From a virus (lineage: Duplodnaviria > Caudoviricetes), in the IMG/VR virus record IMGVR_UViG_3300047576_000104, positions 36,989 to 100,988 of that record: a stretch of 64,000 nt of DNA; one strand, 5' to 3'. The notes beneath the pieces were generated by a model. It saw nothing but the letters and a program-made list of their open reading frames with translations. It did no database searches and had not been told where the DNA came from. The position numbers and the translations under genes were made by a program. Numbering within the stretch: position 1 is the first letter of the stretch; each line of letters opens with the position of its first letter. This document shows positions 48,819 to 58,599 of the stretch, one piece after another.

Positions 48819-51136
48819 ATGATCGCTTCACCACTTAAATGCCTTATCAGGGGGCCACTTGGCGAGTACGGCGGTTACGCAAAGGACACTTGCGGCCTTG
48901 CCAGAGCTTTGAGCAGGGCTGGAATTGATGTCTATCTGGAGCCGACTTACTGCTCCCCCCCGCTGACGCAGGACATCGCTAATCTGCTGACCAAGCATTT
49001 GCAGGCTCCGTTCGACCTTCTCATCCACCATTCTGACCCGGACAACATCGGCATCACCAAGGCTGCCGCAGCGTGCAGCGATGTCGTGGTCGGCTGGAGC
49101 ATGTGGGAAATGAGCAAACCCAAGCCCCTGGCGCAGCGTTCAGGATCCTTTGCCAGGCGGCTTGGCCCGTTCGATCTCTTCCTGATGTATGACCAGGTGG
49201 GGCTGGATGCCTGGAAGCCGTACGGGCCGAAGACTCAGGCATGGGGCGTACTTCAGGGCGGGTACGAGTCAGCCGAGTGGAAGTACTTCCCTGACAGGGA
49301 CTGGTTCGGGGACCGGTTCATGTTCATCCAGCACGGGCAGCTCCACGGCAGAAAGTCTCAGCCTCTGTACTCCAAGCTTCTGACTCCTGATGGGTGGAAG
49401 CAGATGGGTGATATCGAGGTCGGGGATGTGCTTGTTGATCCGGACGGTGGAGATCAGCATGTGACTCAGATCAAGCCACGCTGGGCAGGCATGGTGTATG
49501 AAGTGGAATTTAGTGACGGTGCGAAGACCAGGTGCACTGGAGACCATCTTTGGTTGACTGACCGCAAGCATTGGCGAGGCTATTGGCCAGGAGAGTGGAA
49601 GGCTCGTACTCTGGATGAAATAGTTCAAGATGGTCTGAAGAATAGTGGAGGTGGGGCAGGAGGCAATTGGAGATACCGAGTTCCTCTGCCTGCTGTGGAG
49701 TTCAGTGCGAAGTACCTACCCGTAGACCCGTACTTGATTGGTGCGTTGTGCGGGGATGGTTGTCTGAGCCAAAGTTCTCCTTGTTTTACTAATGTGGACG
49801 AGGATTGTCTTGATGAAGTTCGGGCCGTTCTTCCGGATGGTGTGCGCCTAGTTCCTCAGCGCACTGGCGGTAAGGACTGGGTACTGGTCGGACAGACTCA
49901 TTCTGTCGTGGCATGCCGTAAGTGCAGCCAGGATCGGCGTCAAGCAGGGCGAGGGCTTTGTGGTACGTGCTTTACTCAGGAGCGGCGTGCTGGGACTCTG
50001 GAGATGTGGCCTAGAAAGGTTCGTTCTGGTCGAAGGTCAGTCCTCTGGCAGCTCCTTGACGCTTCCGGACTCTCTAGCGAGATAGCCCCACACAAGTTTG
50101 TTCCTGAAGTGTACTTGTATGGCTCGCTGGAGCAGAGACTCGCGCTTCTTCAGGGACTCATGGACACAGACGGCTGCTGTACTGGGCCAGCCTCTAGTTT
50201 TAGTTCGTCTAGTCCTCGTTTGATAGAGGCTGTGGTGTGGCTTGCTCGCAGTCTTGGCGGTACGGCTAGCGTACAGACGTCGCGCCTGGTTGGTTACCAG
50301 TATGCCGGAGAGAGGCGGGTGTCTACGTTGCCGAATCAGGAAGTGTCTATTGTTCTTCCTCCCGGCATGAGTCCATTCCGTATGGCGCGTAAGCGTTCAC
50401 TGATGCGTCCTCCACAGCAGGACTGGCTGTCCAGGCGAATTAAGGCCATTCGTGAAGTAGGTCAGGAAGAGGTGCAGTGCATTAGCGTGTCTGGTCTATC
50501 CGGTACGTACGTGACAGATGATTTTGCTGTTACGCACAACTCGCCTTACGTCACCATCCAGGCGTTCAATGAACTAAAGCACGAGCATCCGGATAGTTTT
50601 GCCGGGGCACGGCTTGGGCTGCACACTACGATCGGTGACCCGCTGGTGATCTTCGGGGATCTCATTCCGGCATGAAGGTCTGGCACGAGATGTGGGAGAA
50701 GCCTGTCCTGGAGGAGTTCTATCACGCGGCGCATGTCCTGGTGGCTCCGAGTCGCGGCGAAGGGAAGAACCTGCCGGCGCTGGAGATGATGACGACGGGC
50801 GGAGCGGTCGCAGTAACGGCGTGGGGAGGGCATCAGCAATGGTTGAACGAGGAGTACGCCTACGGGCTCGACTACACCCTGACTCCGACTGAGGCACGCT
50901 ATCCCGATCAGTCACACGATGCCAAGGTCAGCACGGAGACCATGAAGCAGTTTATGTATCATGCGTTTACGCATAGAGAAGAGGTGAAGCAAAAAGCAGA
51001 GATCGCGGCGCGTACGATACCTCTCATGTGTGACTGGTCTGTGGTTGTCGAGAGCTTCTTCAGGCGAGTACGGGATCTTGTGCCGGGAAAGGGGGAAGTC
51101 TTGTATAATAAAGCTATGCAGTGCCGAAAGGAGTAG
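48819..51136 (+). CDS. Glycosyltransferase family 4 with intein (frameshift near 50670)
   Basis: YGGYAKD; HGQLHGRK|...|SPYVTIQAF; PSRGEGKNLPALEMM. Confidence 0.85.
49356..50540 (+). mobile_element. LAGLIDADG intein (395 aa) with class 3 WCT signature
   Basis: SQPLYSKLLTPDGW; CTGDHLW; IGALCGDG, LQGLMDTDG; VQCISV; FAVTHN|S. Confidence 0.9.
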
Positions 51137-51139
51137 GGA

Positions 51140-51637
51140 TTGAGACTTGTTCCGGTTGGCAGAGATCATTTCTCTCAGGTGGATGATGCTGACTATGGTC
51201 TAGTCAGTCAGTATAAGTGGCACGTTATACGCACTAGGAATGGTGTACTGTATGCCGGGCATACCATTAACTTTTATCTTCCTGATGGAAGGCGTACGTG
51301 CAAGATATTGCAGATGCATAGGCTACTTACTGGTTGGCCGATGACTGACCATGTAGATCGTGATGGGCTGAATAATCAGCGGTGCAATTTGCGTCCTACA
51401 GGCTCTGCCGGTAATAGAGCCAACGCTCGGGAGCGTCGTGAGATAGGGCTCAGTTCTAAGTTCAAGGGCGTGTCGGCTCATCAAGGTCGGTGGAGGGCTC
51501 GCATCCGTCATGAAGGCCACGAGATTTTGCTAGGAGTCTTTGCTGATGAGCGGGACGCTGCTCGTGCGTATGACGTAGCAGCGCTCCATATCTTCGGAGA
51601 GTTCGCCTGCACCAACGCAGACCTCGGTCTGCTGTAA
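51140..51637 (+). CDS. HNH-AP2 endonuclease
   Basis: MHRLL...TDHVDRDGLNNQRCNLR; SSKFKGV...WRARI...AARAYD...FGEFACTN. Confidence 0.88.
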   Translation: MRLVPVGRDHFSQVDDADYGLVSQYKWHVIRTRNGVLYAGHTINFYLPDGRRTCKILQMHRLLTGWPMTDHVDRDGLNNQRCNLRPTGSAGNRANARERREIGLSSKFKGVSAHQGRWRARIRHEGHEILLGVFADERDAARAYDVAALHIFGEFACTNADLGLL

Positions 51638-51737
51638 CAGCTAGCTAGAGGTGGGGATCATGAGTGATGAATCGTGCCTGGACAAGGTGACAGGCAGGCA
51701 GCGCTTGCTGTCTGAGCAGTGCTCGATAGTACTGTGC

Positions 51738-51977
51738 GTGGAACTGGATGCCGGAGGCGTGATTACTGAGGTTCGCTGTCCGTCCGGCCCCGGGCGACTG
51801 TTCATGCGGATGAAGCAGGCCGGAGAGAAGCCAACCTATATCCAGCCTGAGAACTGGCTGGAGTTTTCTTGCTACGATTGCCGGCGTGAGATGGCCAGGC
51901 ACGGCAGGCATGTTTCACGGGTACTTCACCGGTATAATTTCGCAGGTGAGCTGATGGAGACGGTGGTAGCGGAGTAG
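51738..51977 (+). CDS. Small Zn-binding late protein
   Basis: TCGATAG 8 nt before GTG 51738; EVRCP...CYDCR. Confidence 0.55.
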   Translation: MELDAGGVITEVRCPSGPGRLFMRMKQAGEKPTYIQPENWLEFSCYDCRREMARHGRHVSRVLHRYNFAGELMETVVAE

Positions 51978-51979
51978 TA

Positions 51980-52456
51980 ATGTCACGTGAGGATGGGCAC
52001 AGGGACCGGCCTGCTTCCGGGGCTGTCAAGTGGAAGGACAGCCAGGGAGAGGCCGGGGCTCCGCACGGGTATTACCTGCCGTCCGACGACCTGAAGTGGA
52101 AGTGCCTGACTGCTGACCATCACGAGGTGTACCTTCTGCGCAAGTCCAAGCCGTGGCATGAGCGGCGCAAGCACATCCTCATCGGAGAGCTGCGCAGGCT
52201 CACGGGGACAGGACACAAGGATCAGCGGTTCTGGCGGGCCTTTCCTGTGAGCGGGACAGAGTTCCCCGAGGTGCTGGACAATCACATGCTGGCCCTGGAG
52301 TACCTGAAGAGCCGGTGGGAGGCAGCGTCGGTGACGCCTGAGGTTCCGCGTCCCAAGAGCAATCATGCCCGCCCCCGGGTAGTGCTCCGTGGTCCTGAGA
52401 AGCCTGCCGAGCCGGCGGCATGGATCAAGTTCTTCGGCGAGGATCCTTTTGCATGA
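51980..52456 (+). CDS. Hypothetical protein
   Basis: ORF, GGAG RBS. Confidence 0.5.
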   Translation: MSREDGHRDRPASGAVKWKDSQGEAGAPHGYYLPSDDLKWKCLTADHHEVYLLRKSKPWHERRKHILIGELRRLTGTGHKDQRFWRAFPVSGTEFPEVLDNHMLALEYLKSRWEAASVTPEVPRPKSNHARPRVVLRGPEKPAEPAAWIKFFGEDPFA

Positions 52457-52565
52457 GCTGCACCAGCTGATCCGCTGCTGCGGAATCTTCAGGTGCTCGT
52501 GCCAGTCATGTGATCCTTGCCGGGTTCGCGTAGGCCTGGCGTCGCTTTGCGATCCTCGGATAGAG

Positions 52566-52595
52566 TTGACAACTGTTAAATCGCAGGTATACCCT
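52566..52595 (+). promoter_or_regulatory. Host sigma-70-type promoter
   Basis: TTGACA at 52566-52571, TATACCCT downstream. Confidence 0.55.
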
Positions 52596-52617
52596 GACAG
52601 GGAAAGAGGTGGGGATC

Positions 52618-53010
52618 ATGGACGTGTCAGTAGACGAGCGTGAGCCGAAGCTGCCTGCGTGGGTACAGGAGAAGCTTAGGGTCCTGCGTGAAAGACTTCG
52701 GCAGGAGGCAGCGGGCGCAGAGCTTGCGGAAGAGGAGAACGCACGTCTTCGCACGCTGATCGAGGGGAAGTTCGCTGGCGAGACTGACGCGGATACCTTC
52801 CTGGTCAATGAGGAGACCGGTAAGGAGGTGCCGATTGGCAAGGGGTGTGATATCCGCTTCGCTGACTTCTACTCAGCTCGGTACGGCAGGCTGGATCAGG
52901 GGGGCATCAGCACGGGAGGTGCCCGCGTGCTGATTATCGAGACCGACAAGCCCATGCAGATCCGTCCGACTTTGGACCCGTGCGTCATCATCGTTGCGAG
53001 GGCAGGATGA
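52618..53010 (+). CDS. Hypothetical protein
   Basis: REPKLPAWVQ...; GAGGT RBS. Confidence 0.6.
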   Translation: MDVSVDEREPKLPAWVQEKLRVLRERLRQEAAGAELAEEENARLRTLIEGKFAGETDADTFLVNEETGKEVPIGKGCDIRFADFYSARYGRLDQGGISTGGARVLIIETDKPMQIRPTLDPCVIIVARAG

Positions 53011-53249
53011 ACATCGAGCCTGGGTTCTACACGGAGCTTGAGTTTTCTGATCACGTACACAAGTGCTGTGTTGGTGGTGTGCCTGTCGTGATCGGCCGTC
53101 TCACCCAGGAGAGTAACCTCGGTCCGGTGGTCTACGCCGCTGCCCTGAACGAGTGGGACCTGCGCCACTGGAAATGCGGCTTCGGTGCGAGAGAAGCCGA
53201 GGCTGTGGCGTCTCTGTTTAGCAAGATGCACTTATCGCGGTACCATTAG
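53007..53249 (+). CDS. Hypothetical protein
   Basis: ATGA coupling. Confidence 0.4.
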   Translation: MNIEPGFYTELEFSDHVHKCCVGGVPVVIGRLTQESNLGPVVYAAALNEWDLRHWKCGFGAREAEAVASLFSKMHLSRYH

Positions 53250-53251
53250 TC

Positions 53252-53452
53252 ATGAGTGCAGCGAGCATCGTCTTGCTAGCCGTGGTTGGCGGAGAGCTGG
53301 CCACGACAGATGCGACTGATGCTGTCCTTGTGCAGATGGCTCCTAGCAGGCATCACGATCCGACCTGGACAGAGCTGACTGATGCCCTGCTGGACCAGCG
53401 GAACAGCATCAGGGTGAGTACCTGGAAGCGCGTCCCTGCCCTGTCCCGATAG
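53252..53452 (+). CDS. Hypothetical protein
   Basis: ORF. Confidence 0.4.
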   Translation: MSAASIVLLAVVGGELATTDATDAVLVQMAPSRHHDPTWTELTDALLDQRNSIRVSTWKRVPALSR

Positions 53453-53460
53453 ATATTGCT

Positions 53461-53592
53461 GTGCCTACTATCTTCCGGCGTGCCCTGCTCCGGTTCCGGA
53501 GCTGGTTTCACTACCAGCTCCACCCGAGCGCGATACGCGGGGTGCACGGGCGTGACCGCCGGCTCCGTGACAGGCCTCCGGAGTTAGCGTGA
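53461..53592 (+). CDS. Small basic leaderless ORF (43 aa)
   Basis: CCGATAG 8 nt upstream; GTGA coupling to 53589. Confidence 0.45.
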   Translation: MPTIFRRALLRFRSWFHYQLHPSAIRGVHGRDRRLRDRPPELA

Positions 53593-54464
53593 GCACTCCC
53601 GAGCAGCAGGACTGGCTGCCCCGGCCTGACCCTACGCATCTGACTGATGCGGCAATCGCGCGGGCGACGGAACAGCTCCGTCGTGACCTGGCTGCTTTGC
53701 GAGAGCTTTTCGAGGCTCGCCTGCGGGCGATGGATAAGGCGACGGAGCTGCTAGCTGCCACGGTTGGCAAGGTTCCGTCAGATACAGATAAAGCGGTTAG
53801 CGCACTGAGAGATTTGCTGGGTGCCAGGATTGACGGCATGGACGTGGCGACGAAACTGCTAGCTGATAGTGTGCTCCAGTTTCCTTCAGCCACAGATAAG
53901 GCCATCGCCGGACTGCATACGCTGCTTAGTGTCCGGTTTTCCAGCGTGGAAGAGGCTATGGCCCTGCTGTCTTCTGGACTGGACAGGGTTCTGGTGGAAA
54001 CGGCTAGAAGCATGCTTGGGCAGCGGGAAATCCTAGTCGGGGAGATCAGGAATGTTCAGGATGTGGCGACGCAGAAGTTCGAGGCTATCGAGGGTACGTT
54101 CGCATCCAACGCCCTGGCCCTGACTGCCGCCCTCGCGGCGCAGAAGGAAGCGGCGGCCGAGCAGAATAAGTCCAACACCCTGGCAATCACCAAGTCCGAG
54201 CAGGCCACCAAGGAAACCATCGCGGCCAATGCGGCGCAGACGACCAACAGCCTGGCTTCCCAGGCGGCCACCATCGCGGACCTGAAGGACCGGGTAGTGC
54301 GAATTGAATCCGGGGGCCTGGCCTCGGCTACCGCTCGTACCGAAAGTCGTGCAGAAAAGGACGTAGGCCAGAACGCCAGTTACTATCGGATAGCCTTGGT
54401 CATCGCTGGGCTTACTACCCTGATCGCTATCATTTCCCTGGTAGCTTTTGTTGTGAAGAAGTAG
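53589..54464 (+). CDS. Coiled-coil protein with 35-aa repeats and C-terminal TM anchor
   Basis: ARxxxMDxATxLLAxxVxxxPSxTDKA twice; hydrophobic C-terminus + KK. Confidence 0.7.
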   Translation: MSTPEQQDWLPRPDPTHLTDAAIARATEQLRRDLAALRELFEARLRAMDKATELLAATVGKVPSDTDKAVSALRDLLGARIDGMDVATKLLADSVLQFPSATDKAIAGLHTLLSVRFSSVEEAMALLSSGLDRVLVETARSMLGQREILVGEIRNVQDVATQKFEAIEGTFASNALALTAALAAQKEAAAEQNKSNTLAITKSEQATKETIAANAAQTTNSLASQAATIADLKDRVVRIESGGLASATARTESRAEKDVGQNASYYRIALVIAGLTTLIAIISLVAFVVKK

Positions 54465-54698
54465 ATGATGGGCCTCCCGTACGTACCTGCGATAGAAGAT
54501 CCCACGGCTGAGCACCAGATCGTGATCCGGAAGGACGGTGCGGGCATCACGGTGAGCTGCAACTGCTTGCGCCGGGCAGCACAGGCTGAGGATCGGGAGA
54601 TCATTGAGGAGCAGTCTCGGTGGACCACGCCGGAGGCGCTGAACTCCTACCGCGAGTGGCACTGGGTACACGGTATCGATCTGTATGGACCTGACTAG
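54465..54698 (+). CDS. Hypothetical protein
   Basis: ORF. Confidence 0.45.
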   Translation: MMGLPYVPAIEDPTAEHQIVIRKDGAGITVSCNCLRRAAQAEDREIIEEQSRWTTPEALNSYREWHWVHGIDLYGPD

Positions 54699-54746
54699 CA
54701 CGACCACGCATACCTTGACCTTCAAGTGAAGCGCGATGTCACAAGG

Positions 54747-54775
54747 TTGACAACAGTAACAACACAGGATAGCTT
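54747..54775 (+). promoter_or_regulatory. Host sigma-70-type promoter
   Basis: TTGACA-17 nt-TAGCTT. Confidence 0.65.
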
Positions 54776-54821
54776 CACAGGTCACAGCAGTCATCACAGC
54801 ATCACTCATGAGTGGGGAAGA

Positions 54822-56039
54822 ATGAAGAATCGATTCATTAAAACAGTTGTGGCCGCAGGCAGCTTGGCGCTGATGTCGTTCGCGGCAACAGGTGCGGCTC
54901 AGGCTGCTCCCGCAGTCCACGGCGTGGCACCGCCCGCTATCAAGGTCTTTCCGACAGCAGGAAAGCACATTGCTCTCTCGGGCGAGGGCAGCGGCAACCT
55001 GACCTACCTGGGCGGACCGGTTCAGACCCATCCCCGCGTCTACCTGGTCTTCTGGGGCAAGTGGTGGAAGTCCTCCTGTGCCGGGCAGCAAGGTCACGGC
55101 GCGGCTGACGAGAGCTACCTGACCAGCTTCTTCAACGCCAGGGGTCTCAGTTCGGACATGCTGTCGGCCGTCATGACCCAGTATCACGGGACAGCCGGCC
55201 AGCGCTCTGAGTTCGGCAGCAAGGTGCTTTACGGCACGGCGTTCGACTGTTCGAACCCGCCGCAGGCCGCGACGCAGACCCAGCTGGGCAACGTCGCTGT
55301 CACGTATGCCAACTACTTCAAGTCGAAGGGGCAGCCGATCAATGTCAATACGCAGATCGTTATCGTCAGCCCGTCCGGTACCAACCCCGGCGGCGGCTTC
55401 GGCACTGAGTACTGCGCATGGCACAGCTGGGCCCCGGACGGTTCGCTGGAACTGTCTTACACCAACGACCCGTACATGCCCGACCAGGGCTACAACTGCA
55501 GCCTCAGCAACGATCCCCACCCGCTGCAAGGGTGGTCGATCGTCGCCGGTCATGAGTTCGCGGAGTCGGTGAACGACCCGCAGCTTAATGCCTGGCTGGA
55601 TAATGCCGGGTACGAGATCGCCGATAAGTGCGCCTGGGAAGGACTCTTCACCCAGAGCATCGGCAGTAAGAAGTTCGAGGAGCAGCCGCTGTGGAGCGAT
55701 GCGAGCAGCGCATGTGCTTTGTCTGATCATGTTTTCGTGGCAAATCCAGGAAACAAGAGCATTCACGTGAATCATGTGGCAATCTTGCAGATCCACGCGC
55801 AAGCTTCTACTGTTTACTGCCCGACTGGCTTCGGCCAGTTCTGCTCCTCTCCCAATACCGTTCACCGTCCGGTGAGCTTCACGGCTACTGGCCTGCCGAA
55901 CGGCCTTCATATCAGCAGCAGCGGCGAGATCACCGGCAGGGCCACCAAGAAGGGGTCCTTCACCGTCCACGTCACCGGAACCGAAGCGGTGACCACGGTG
56001 CATTCCTCTGCAACCTTCATCTGGAAGATCACATCATGA
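54822..56039 (+). CDS. Secreted PHI-1/EXORDIUM-like protein with C-terminal He_PIG Ig domain
   Basis: Signal peptide; LTYLGGPV...VYLVFWG, YCAWHS, GHEFAESVNDP, EIADKCAW; FTATGLPNGLHISSSGEITG. Confidence 0.75.
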   Translation: MKNRFIKTVVAAGSLALMSFAATGAAQAAPAVHGVAPPAIKVFPTAGKHIALSGEGSGNLTYLGGPVQTHPRVYLVFWGKWWKSSCAGQQGHGAADESYLTSFFNARGLSSDMLSAVMTQYHGTAGQRSEFGSKVLYGTAFDCSNPPQAATQTQLGNVAVTYANYFKSKGQPINVNTQIVIVSPSGTNPGGGFGTEYCAWHSWAPDGSLELSYTNDPYMPDQGYNCSLSNDPHPLQGWSIVAGHEFAESVNDPQLNAWLDNAGYEIADKCAWEGLFTQSIGSKKFEEQPLWSDASSACALSDHVFVANPGNKSIHVNHVAILQIHAQASTVYCPTGFGQFCSSPNTVHRPVSFTATGLPNGLHISSSGEITGRATKKGSFTVHVTGTEAVTTVHSSATFIWKITS

Positions 56040-56599
56040 AAAAGCTCATTCCTATCGCCTTCCTGGCAGTTGCCAGCGCGCTGCCCATGACCATCGTTGC
56101 CTGCTCTAGCTCGTCCAGCAGCACGAGTACTCCTCCTGCTACGCACTCCGCCACGCCTACGCCCCGGACCGGTGCGGAGGTCATCGTCGGAGACACCGCA
56201 TCTGAGGCGAACAACCCGAAGATCCCGCTGCACGCTACCGGCTTGTTTGCCGATACCGGCAGCATTGTCCTCACCGGCAACGGCAGCAGCGGGACCGGAA
56301 AGCTGACCCTCAGCAAGGGCGTGCTCAAGGTCCATCACTCCACTACCCGCAGCCCTGGCACGATCTTCGACTCCAAGACCTGCGCGGTCAAGGTCACCGA
56401 GGCAGGGACGTTCCAGATAGTGCCAGGCAGTACCGGGGCGTACAAGAAGCTCACCGGCAGCGGTACCTTCCTCGTCACCTTCACCGGAACGATGCCGCGA
56501 TTGAAGAGCGGCAAGTGCAACAACTCGCAGAACGCCAACCCGGTCGCCGGTTCCTCCCTGACCGTCTTCAAGCTCACCGGTACGTTCACTGAGCACTAG
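56036..56599 (+). CDS. Lipoprotein
   Basis: IVAC lipobox, S/T linker, beta domain with GTFQIVPGSTGAYKKLTGSGTF. Confidence 0.7.
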   Translation: MKKLIPIAFLAVASALPMTIVACSSSSSSTSTPPATHSATPTPRTGAEVIVGDTASEANNPKIPLHATGLFADTGSIVLTGNGSSGTGKLTLSKGVLKVHHSTTRSPGTIFDSKTCAVKVTEAGTFQIVPGSTGAYKKLTGSGTFLVTFTGTMPRLKSGKCNNSQNANPVAGSSLTVFKLTGTFTEH

Positions 56600-56612
56600 G
56601 CACGGCTTCTAC

Positions 56613-56648
56613 ATCACCAGGTCCGGGAGCGCTCCCGGACCTGGTGAT
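56613..56648. repeat. Perfect 36-bp palindrome (terminator-like)
   Basis: ATCACCAGGTCCGGGAGC|GCTCCCGGACCTGGTGAT. Confidence 0.8.
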
Positions 56649-56800
56649 AGTGCTGTGCCGCATGATGCCATAGAGGCACAAATAAATCTGAGGGGTTTAT
56701 GAGGGAACGTATAGACAGTTGACAGTTGAGGCAGTAAGGTACGAAGAGAACGGCCGGGGAAGTGGGAACTGGCCAGCTAAAGTCTCGGAAAGGGACAAGA

Positions 56801-57736
56801 ATGCTACGCAGGAAAATCTTCACCACAGCAGTCGCCGCCGCTTCACTCTGCGGCCTCGCTCTGGCCGGTACTGGGGCAGCGAACGCCTCAGTCCACCCCA
56901 AGATCGTGGCGAGTCAGTATCAGGTCGTCAAGGACGGGACCGCCGGCTACTACGACGTGGCCGGCCTGAGCGTGCACAACATCGGTGCGTCAGTCACTCC
57001 GCAGCTGGCCGCCGAGAACATCGGCGGTGTTGGACAGGGCGGGATCGGGACGCAGCTCTGCGACCCGAACAACGGCTGGGGCATGCAGGAAGGCCTGGTT
57101 TCCAACGGCTCAACGTTCTCGGTCGACTACGCGGTCGGAACCCTGGCCGGGGCGAGTGCTGACGGCTGCGTCGGGAACGGCGTGCTGGCCAACCCGCATG
57201 TGCTCAACGCGAACCTGACCGGCCTGATGCCCGGTGACACGGTGCAGCTCTACATGAGCTACGGTACCTACAAGAAGACCAACGGGACCAAGGCTCAGGG
57301 CAAGGGCAAGACGTTCGGCGCGGCGACGTTCCAGGCGTTCGACGCGACGACCGGCTTCGAGGTCTACACGGACATCGTGTGGAAGCTGCCGGTTGACGGA
57401 AGCCTCAACTCGGCCGGGGCCGGCATCCAGCAGGACACGACCGGGCTCAGTGCCAACACGCCGCTCAACTGCTCCTACTACGACGCCGCCGGGGAAGGCT
57501 GCTCCGGAGCCAGCAACGACGTGGCCGACTTCAGCGGGGTCTTCGTGAACGGCAGCCACGGCATCTTCGGCGGCGGGCACGGCCTTGCCACCTTTGGTGA
57601 CGCGGTTCAGGTCATCACGACCGGCGGCGGGCTGAAGATCAACGCCGCAACCGTCGCGCCCAACGACTCGCTGACCCCGACCTCGGGGTTCGGCGAGTCG
57701 GACTTCAGTGTTTACGCGGGGCAGGTGCTTTCGTAG
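56801..57736 (+). CDS. Secreted Gly/Thr/Asn-rich beta protein
   Basis: Signal peptide ending ANA; host-like codon usage. Confidence 0.7.
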   Translation: MLRRKIFTTAVAAASLCGLALAGTGAANASVHPKIVASQYQVVKDGTAGYYDVAGLSVHNIGASVTPQLAAENIGGVGQGGIGTQLCDPNNGWGMQEGLVSNGSTFSVDYAVGTLAGASADGCVGNGVLANPHVLNANLTGLMPGDTVQLYMSYGTYKKTNGTKAQGKGKTFGAATFQAFDATTGFEVYTDIVWKLPVDGSLNSAGAGIQQDTTGLSANTPLNCSYYDAAGEGCSGASNDVADFSGVFVNGSHGIFGGGHGLATFGDAVQVITTGGGLKINAATVAPNDSLTPTSGFGESDFSVYAGQVLS

Positions 57737-57756
57737 ACACTGGCGGTTAGTGCGGA

Positions 57757-57799
57757 GGAGCCCTGGAGCGGGGCCGGAACAACCTGCTCCAGGGCTTCT
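57757..57799 (+). terminator. Hairpin terminator
   Basis: GGAGCCCTGGAGCGGG...CCTGCTCCAGGGCTTC. Confidence 0.6.
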
Positions 57800-57962
57800 C
57801 ACTTCCCAGTCAGAAAGAAACGAACATGAAGAATCTAATGCGCAGGGCCTGGGGCTTCATTGTCTCAGTCACCCGAGGGCACATCACGAATGCTGAGGCT
57901 AGCCGACTGGCGAACGGGACCGGACCACGTTCCCGGGATGACAAAGACTGGCGCTTCAGGGG

Positions 57963-57990
57963 TTGACAGTAGTCAAAGTTCTGTTAGTGT
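57963..57990 (+). promoter_or_regulatory. Host sigma-70-type promoter
   Basis: TTGACA-16 nt-TAGTGT. Confidence 0.5.
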
Positions 57991-58030
57991 CTGGGTACAG
58001 GAATACATCAGCGTTATGAGCGGGGAATTT

Positions 58031-58393
58031 ATGATCAGGCATGGCATTGCCGCAATAGCAGTCGGGGTCGCACTCGCAGGCATCATTACCGCTTGCGGGG
58101 GTGGCGGCTCATCCGCTCCCCCGAACGCCCAGTCCGTTCTCAAGGCGGACGGCTACACGTTCAGCCAAACCCTCACCACGGCAGCGCAGGCCGCTTCTAT
58201 GCCTGCCGGGGCAACTTCAACCGCAATCGGAACGAATGGCGGTAATATCCAGGCCGTGATCGTGTTCAGCAGCTCGGCTCTGGCGTCCGCAGGAGCAAGC
58301 GGGTCGGCGGGGGCCGGGCTCACGACGGCACAGAACGGCGATGTCGTTACGGTCACCGGCAGCTCTGCCGCATTCGCCGCCCAGGGTTCGTGA
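58031..58393 (+). CDS. Lipoprotein
   Basis: ITAC lipobox. Confidence 0.7.
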   Translation: MIRHGIAAIAVGVALAGIITACGGGGSSAPPNAQSVLKADGYTFSQTLTTAAQAASMPAGATSTAIGTNGGNIQAVIVFSSSALASAGASGSAGAGLTTAQNGDVVTVTGSSAAFAAQGS

Positions 58394-58599
58394 TGATAGT
58401 CGCAGCAGTGGCTGGCGGATTCATCCTGGTCGTCTTCCTCTTGACGCTAGCCGCAAAGGCCGGCAGCAGGAGCAGGGACCGTGCGGTCATCGAGAGGATG
58501 AACTCAAAGGCGTTCCGGAAGCAGCAGCTTCGTGCCCGTGAGGTAAGAGACAGCATCGACGCCGAGTACCGGCGGCGTACGAACGGGGAGCAGTCATGA
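58390..58599 (+). CDS. Single-TM membrane protein
   Basis: N-terminal hydrophobic helix. Confidence 0.6.
   Translation: MMIVAAVAGGFILVVFLLTLAAKAGSRSRDRAVIERMNSKAFRKQQLRAREVRDSIDAEYRRRTNGEQS

Noticed and set aside
54033-56003. Long minus-strand ORFs (e.g. 656 aa here, 7519-8487, 8704-9567)
   Set aside because: Antisense shadows of high-GC plus-strand genes with no recognisable motifs.
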